Shown here piece after piece: positions 48,954 through 53,695 of a stretch of 53,695 nt of DNA. How positions within the stretch are numbered: position 1 is the stretch's first letter; each line of letters opens with the position of its first letter. The DNA is from Alphaproteobacteria bacterium (GTDB taxonomy: Bacteria; Pseudomonadota; Alphaproteobacteria; HIMB59; GCA-002718135). The translations under genes and the position numbers were made by a program. A model generated the notes under the pieces. The model worked only from the letters and a program-made list of their open reading frames with translations, did not search any database and was not told the origin of the DNA. The DNA lies in assembly GCA_045560945.1 (NCBI GenBank), contig JBJKYR010000010.1, positions 1 to 53,695 on the forward strand, read 5' to 3'.

Positions 48954-51129
48954 GGATGATATTAATGAAATTCTAAAGAGTAGATATCTCTCATATGCAG
49001 TATCTACTATAATTTCTAGATCTCTTCCCGATTTAAGAGATGGATTAAAACCAGTTCATAGAAGAATAATTTATTCTATGTATTTGCTGAAATTATTTAA
49101 TAATTCACCTTTTAAAAAATCAGCCCGGATTGTTGGTGATGTTATGGGTAAATTTCATCCTCATGGTGATCAAGCGATTTATCAAAGCTTAGTAAGAATG
49201 GCTCAGAATTTTTCTTCACGACTTACTTTGATTGAGGGACAGGGTAATTTTGGAAATATTGATGGTGATAATGCAGCTGCTATGAGATATACCGAAGCAA
49301 GACTAGAGGAAATAACTGAATTATTTTTTGACGGTATAGAGGAAGATTCTACTACTTTTAGTGATAATTATGATGGTCAAAACCTTGAACCAGATGTCTT
49401 GCCATCTAAATTACCTAATATTTTGTTAAATGGTTCAACAGGTATTGCGGTTGGAATGGCAACTAATATCCCACCACATAATTTAATAGAAATAAATGAT
49501 TGCTTAACTAAACTAATACTGAAACCAAACTCCTCTGAATCCGAACTTCTTAAAATAATTAAAGGACCTGATTTGCCAACAGGAGGTGAAATTATATTAA
49601 CTTCTAGTGAAAAGAGAAATATTTATAAGAAAGGTTCGGGCTCTTTTCTTATTAACTCAAAGTGGCATGATGAAAAAATAAAAAATGGTTTGTATGAGAT
49701 AGTTATTACTGAAATCCCATTTCAAGTTAATAAAGTCAAAATTATTGAACAGCTTGCCAATTTGATTAATCAAAAAAAAATACCATTGGACGATGTTAGA
49801 GACGAATCAGATGAAAAGATAAGAATTGTCCTTAAACCTAAAAACAGAAATATAGATAAAAAAAAATTAGTAGATTTATGTTTTAAATTAACTGACTTAT
49901 CTATTAAATATTCATGCAACTTTAATGTTTTAGAAAAGGGCCGCATCCCAAAACAACTAGGTTTAAAATCAATACTTTCTCAATTTATTGATTTTAGAAA
50001 AATTACTGTAAAACGTAAATCGAAATTTAATATAAATAAAAACAACCAAAGATTAGAAATACTTAAAGGTTATTTAGTTGTATTTGCAAATTTAGATAAA
50101 ATAATAAAAATTATTAGAATTAAAGACGATCCAAAAAACGAAATAATTAAAGCTTTTAAATTATCACAAGTACAGGCTGAAGCAATTTTAAATATGCGCC
50201 TTGGTTCTTTAAAAAAATTAGATGAATTAAATATCAATAAAGAAATAAAGCAATTAAAAGAAATTAATACTGATCTTAAAAAACTTGTTAACAATGATGA
50301 TTATTTGAGTAAATTTTTAATAAAAGAAATTAAAGAAATAAATGAAACATTAAGTGAAAAAATCAAAACAAGAAAAAGTAAAGTTAATACAGTAGACGAC
50401 TATCAATTAGATATTGAAATCGATGAATTTACAGAAATTGAAAAATTTAATGTTTTAGTTACTAAAGATAATCTTTTTAAAAAAGTAAAAGATTATTCTG
50501 AAGATAATAAAGAAAAAGATAATAACATTAGAACCTCTATACCTATTACATCTAATCAAAAACTTTTAATCTTTTTATCCTCTGGCAAAGCTTTAACTTT
50601 AGATCCAAATTTACTACCAAGTGGTAAATCTTCACCAAAATCCTTTATCGAACTGATCAATGTAGGTGTTGATGAAAAACTAATTGCTGTCTTTAATGCC
50701 AACTCACAAAAAAAATTGCTTCTTGTCTCTAAATTTGGAAAAGGTTTTATTTCAATTACTGAAAAAATGATTACGAATCAAAGAAAAGGTAAAAATATAA
50801 TTAATCTAAAGAATAATGACCAACTACTAAACGTTCATCATTTAGAATATAATCACTTAGCTTTAGTGTCCAAAAATGAAAAATTACTTATTTTTGAAAC
50901 ATCATCTCTTCCAACTTTACACAAGGGCTCAGGAGTTCAATTAATGAAAATCAAGGATAAAGATTTTATTGTTGATAGTTGTTTATTTGATCTAGGTGAA
51001 GGCTTGTTATGGACTAAAGCTTCAAAACACAAACACTTAAAAAATATTGATTTTTGGATAGGTAAAAGAGCTCAAGTAGGTAAAAAAATTCCAAGAGGAT
51101 TTAACAAAAATCTCAAATTTAATAGTTAA
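48937..51129 (+). CDS. parC: DNA topoisomerase IV subunit A
   Basis: 730 aa with RSLPDLRDGLKPVHRRIIYSM, KFHPHGDQAIY and the active-site AAMRYTEARL. The short C-terminal domain and length fit ParC rather than GyrA. Confidence 0.88.
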   Translation: MQRIIKDDINEILKSRYLSYAVSTIISRSLPDLRDGLKPVHRRIIYSMYLLKLFNNSPFKKSARIVGDVMGKFHPHGDQAIYQSLVRMAQNFSSRLTLIEGQGNFGNIDGDNAAAMRYTEARLEEITELFFDGIEEDSTTFSDNYDGQNLEPDVLPSKLPNILLNGSTGIAVGMATNIPPHNLIEINDCLTKLILKPNSSESELLKIIKGPDLPTGGEIILTSSEKRNIYKKGSGSFLINSKWHDEKIKNGLYEIVITEIPFQVNKVKIIEQLANLINQKKIPLDDVRDESDEKIRIVLKPKNRNIDKKKLVDLCFKLTDLSIKYSCNFNVLEKGRIPKQLGLKSILSQFIDFRKITVKRKSKFNINKNNQRLEILKGYLVVFANLDKIIKIIRIKDDPKNEIIKAFKLSQVQAEAILNMRLGSLKKLDELNINKEIKQLKEINTDLKKLVNNDDYLSKFLIKEIKEINETLSEKIKTRKSKVNTVDDYQLDIEIDEFTEIEKFNVLVTKDNLFKKVKDYSEDNKEKDNNIRTSIPITSNQKLLIFLSSGKALTLDPNLLPSGKSSPKSFIELINVGVDEKLIAVFNANSQKKLLLVSKFGKGFISITEKMITNQRKGKNIINLKNNDQLLNVHHLEYNHLALVSKNEKLLIFETSSLPTLHKGSGVQLMKIKDKDFIVDSCLFDLGEGLLWTKASKHKHLKNIDFWIGKRAQVGKKIPRGFNKNLKFNS

Positions 51130-51164
51130 CTTATTATTATTATTCATTTAAATACTTCAATCTT

Positions 51165-52280
51165 ATGAAAGATAATTATCTTAATACACAATCAAGTTTA
51201 GCAATGAAAGGCGCGGGTTATTACTCTGCAAAAACAGCAGGTGCTAAAACGGCTATCGATAAAACACTAAAAGTAATTGAAAATGCTTTAAAAACTATCC
51301 CATCAACGGAAATACTGAAGTTTGCTGATTTTGGTAGTGCTGATGGAGGCACCAGTCAAGAAATGTGGTTTAATGTTATTAAATTAATTAGAGAAAAAGG
51401 CGATGATAGACAAATTGAAATTTTGTATACTGATTTAGCTTCAAATGACTTTTCCACCCTTTTTAAAACTATGCAAGGAATGCATGGCAATTCCCAATTT
51501 GCATTTCAACATATTTTTTCAAATGTTTATGTTCACGGATGTGGAACTGGTTTTCATCAACAATTAATGGCTAATAATTCATTAACATTAGGTTTTTCAG
51601 CAACTGCAATGCATTATGTTTCAGAAAGACCATGCCTAATAGAAAATCATGTTCATATGACTGGCGCAAATGAACGTGAAAAACAATTATTTAAAGATCA
51701 AGCAAATCATGATTGGGAAACTATTTTATTAAATAGATCAAAAGAGATGATAAATGGTGGCCGTTTTATTTGTATTAATTTTGGAATAGATGAAAAGGGG
51801 AGATGTCTAGGTAATACAGGTGGTCATGTAATGTTTAATAATTTTGCTAAACATTGGAAACATCTTGAAAATCAAGGTTTAATTACAAATCAAGAATTTA
51901 TTAATGCAACTTTCACTCAACATTATAGAACTCTTGAAGAATTTAAGAAGCCATTTGAAAACAAAGACTCAGTTATTTCAAAATCTGGATTAGTTCTTAA
52001 ATCATGTGAGACAATGATCACTGATTGTCCTTATAAAATCCACTATTTAAAAAATAAAGACACAATGTCATCTGCAGAATATGCAAGAACTCTTATTCCT
52101 ACTATGAGAAGTTGGTCAGAGACGGTTTTTAAAAATGCTCTAATAGATAGAAGCGAAAATGAAATAAATGAAATTGTTAATAAATTTTATGATTTATACA
52201 TTGAGGAAGTATCAAATGACCCTGAAGGTCATGCCATGGATTATGTTCATGTTATTATGGATATAGAAAAAATTAGTTAA
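51165..52280 (+). CDS. SAM-dependent methyltransferase of the SABATH / Methyltransf_7-like family
   Basis: 371 aa. The blocks line up with plant SABATH enzymes: MKGAGYYSAKTAGAK (cf. MxGGxGxxSYAxNS), ILKFADFGSADGGTSQ (cf. IADLGCSSGPNT), ILYTDLASNDFSTLF (cf. NDLPxNDFNxxF) and HGCGTGFHQQLMANNSLTLGFSATAMHYVSERP (cf. GxPGSFYxRLFPxxSxHxxxSSxSLxWLSxxP). Confidence 0.6.
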   Translation: MKDNYLNTQSSLAMKGAGYYSAKTAGAKTAIDKTLKVIENALKTIPSTEILKFADFGSADGGTSQEMWFNVIKLIREKGDDRQIEILYTDLASNDFSTLFKTMQGMHGNSQFAFQHIFSNVYVHGCGTGFHQQLMANNSLTLGFSATAMHYVSERPCLIENHVHMTGANEREKQLFKDQANHDWETILLNRSKEMINGGRFICINFGIDEKGRCLGNTGGHVMFNNFAKHWKHLENQGLITNQEFINATFTQHYRTLEEFKKPFENKDSVISKSGLVLKSCETMITDCPYKIHYLKNKDTMSSAEYARTLIPTMRSWSETVFKNALIDRSENEINEIVNKFYDLYIEEVSNDPEGHAMDYVHVIMDIEKIS

Positions 52281-53695
52281 AAATATAAAGAAATATCTTT
52301 GTGTACTGACTTACATGCTGCCAAATACAAGGCTTGCTCTTTATTTAATTGATCTTGTTTTCTTAGAGCAAATGTTTCTTTACCGCTATCTAGTAAGTCA
52401 ACTAAATCCTTTAAAAGTAATTGTTTTCCTAATTTTCTCCACTTAGTCTCTTGTTTTAGAATAAATCTAGAATCATTTATTAATTTAATTGCTTGATCCT
52501 TCTTCTGAAAATTTTTCTTGATTAGCTTTCTTGCTTTTTTAATTTGCTTCTTAATATTTGATGTATCACTGAATGAATTAAACTTTTTTTCAAAATCTTT
52601 TATTATTTTTTCAATTTCTTGATTTTCCTGAATTATATTTTTAATTAAATCATCATACAAATTATCAATAGATTTTAATTTATCAACATTTTGAAATTTT
52701 TTAATAAAATTGGAAATTTCATTATAGGAACTATCAACTGTTTTATTATAATTTAATTTTGTTTTATTTAAAATTGAAACAATATTATTAAATTTTTTAT
52801 TTTCCTTTTCCCAATTATTAGGAATTGTAAAATTAATTTTAGATATTTTTTCTTCTATCTCATTAATTTCGTCATTTAGAAAATCTACTTCTAAATCATC
52901 AGTTTCTAATCTTATTTCTTTTTGAATTTTTTCAATTCTTTTAAATAACTTAATTATTTTTCTTTCAATACTCCTTACTTCCATATGTAATGGTTTATAA
53001 TTTTCAGAAAATCTATTAAAATTCTTTTCTGAATTTTTTACTTCTTTTAATAATTCCATTGACATCATTACACCATTTAAAGAATTATTAAATTTATCAA
53101 GATATGTTTTGGGTATAAAGTGTAAATCATTTGAATTTATTGAATCAACTATCATTAATGAGTTATCAAAGTTTTTATTATATTTATCATAAGTGTATTC
53201 AATTAGACAATTTTGTAGTTTAGGATTCAAAGGAGGAGGGGATACTTCTGATGAATAATAAGATCTAAGAGGTAAATAATTAACTAATTGAGGAAAATAA
53301 CCAACTATTCCCAGGCCTACAAGTTGCAAGAAAATAAAAACACTTGCACCTTTCCATATCTGGGTAGTTTTAATTGACTTAGGAGCAACACCTCTTAAGT
53401 AAAATAGAGAAAAACCAAAAGGTGGAGTTAAGAAAGAAGTTTGCATATTTACAGCAATCATTACTCCAAGCCATACAGCAGTTACGTTTGCAGAAGTTTC
53501 AGCTAAAAGTATTGGAGCTACAATTGGAACAACAACTATTGCAATTTCAATAAAATCTAAAAAAAAACCTAAAACAAATATTACTGCCATTACAACAATA
53601 AATTGTGTCCAGAAACCACCTGGTAAGCTAGTTAAAAAATCTTTAACAATTTCCTCACCTCCAAAACCTCTAAATGCAGCTGTCAACATTGCGGC
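52277..53695 (-). CDS. dctM: TRAP transporter large permease (DctM) C-terminal part, read through in frame into a ~318-codon K/N/E-rich coiled-coil-like region (5' end outside the window)
   Basis: The N-terminal ~150 residues in the window have DctM motifs (FLDFIEIAIVVVPIVAPIL, NMQTSFLTPPFGFSLFYLRGVAP, FPQLVNYLP). The frame then continues SEVSPPPLNPK... for about 318 more codons with no TM segments. The track ORF starts at 53689, but the open frame reaches the window edge. Confidence 0.8.
   Translation of the reverse strand, partial: AAMLTAAFRGFGGEEIVKDFLTSLPGGFWTQFIVVMAVIFVLGFFLDFIEIAIVVVPIVAPILLAETSANVTAVWLGVMIAVNMQTSFLTPPFGFSLFYLRGVAPKSIKTTQIWKGASVFIFLQLVGLGIVGYFPQLVNYLPLRSYYSSEVSPPPLNPKLQNCLIEYTYDKYNKNFDNSLMIVDSINSNDLHFIPKTYLDKFNNSLNGVMMSMELLKEVKNSEKNFNRFSENYKPLHMEVRSIERKIIKLFKRIEKIQKEIRLETDDLEVDFLNDEINEIEEKISKINFTIPNNWEKENKKFNNIVSILNKTKLNYNKTVDSSYNEISNFIKKFQNVDKLKSIDNLYDDLIKNIIQENQEIEKIIKDFEKKFNSFSDTSNIKKQIKKARKLIKKNFQKKDQAIKLINDSRFILKQETKWRKLGKQLLLKDLVDLLDSGKETFALRKQDQLNKEQALYLAACKSVHKDISLYF

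Overview
Visibly AT-rich, very tightly packed chromosomal segment. Many genes overlap by 1-17 bp and most spacers are under 70 bp. Gene content and order are those of a streamlined alphaproteobacterium of the SAR11/Pelagibacterales type. I call 55 protein-coding genes and one tRNA-Ser(GCT). I saw no rRNA, CRISPR array, IS element, intact integrase or prophage. Almost everything is core housekeeping in classic alphaproteobacterial synteny blocks: gltA-gltX-lexA-moaC-trpCDGE-ppiD; tpiA-secG-pyrG-kdsA-eno-ftsB-pdhABC-lipA; cinA-pgpA-ispDF; ntrYX-trkA; topA-plsY-pyrB-ruvX facing gatCAB; dapA-smpB-rpoZ-spoT-acpS-lepB-rnc-era-recO-parC. Main caveat: nine essential genes are broken by eleven single-base indels, all in or beside short mononucleotide runs, and ten of the eleven lie in the first 25 kb. 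The lengths restore exactly to multiples of three, so I read these as assembly or sequencing errors, not decay, and I annotate those genes across their full span. I found no convincing new multi-gene system such as a defence island. The loci I would look at again are: (1) the 3' end, where a TRAP DctM permease runs in frame into a ~318-codon K/N/E-rich coiled-coil-like region, possibly an artefact of a GGGG run, convergent with a SABATH-type (Methyltransf_7-like) methyltransferase; (2) a ~75-codon basic N-terminal extension on pyrB that resembles an integrase arm-binding domain; (3) a small TTG-initiated ORF after pepC with an ORF6C-like C-terminal motif; (4) a three-gene mosaic (membrane protein, SDR epimerase, GT-A-like protein) followed by the only long spacer in the window (282 bp), next to tRNA-Ser; (5) a perfect GTTC-N7-GTTC SOS box over the lexA promoter.
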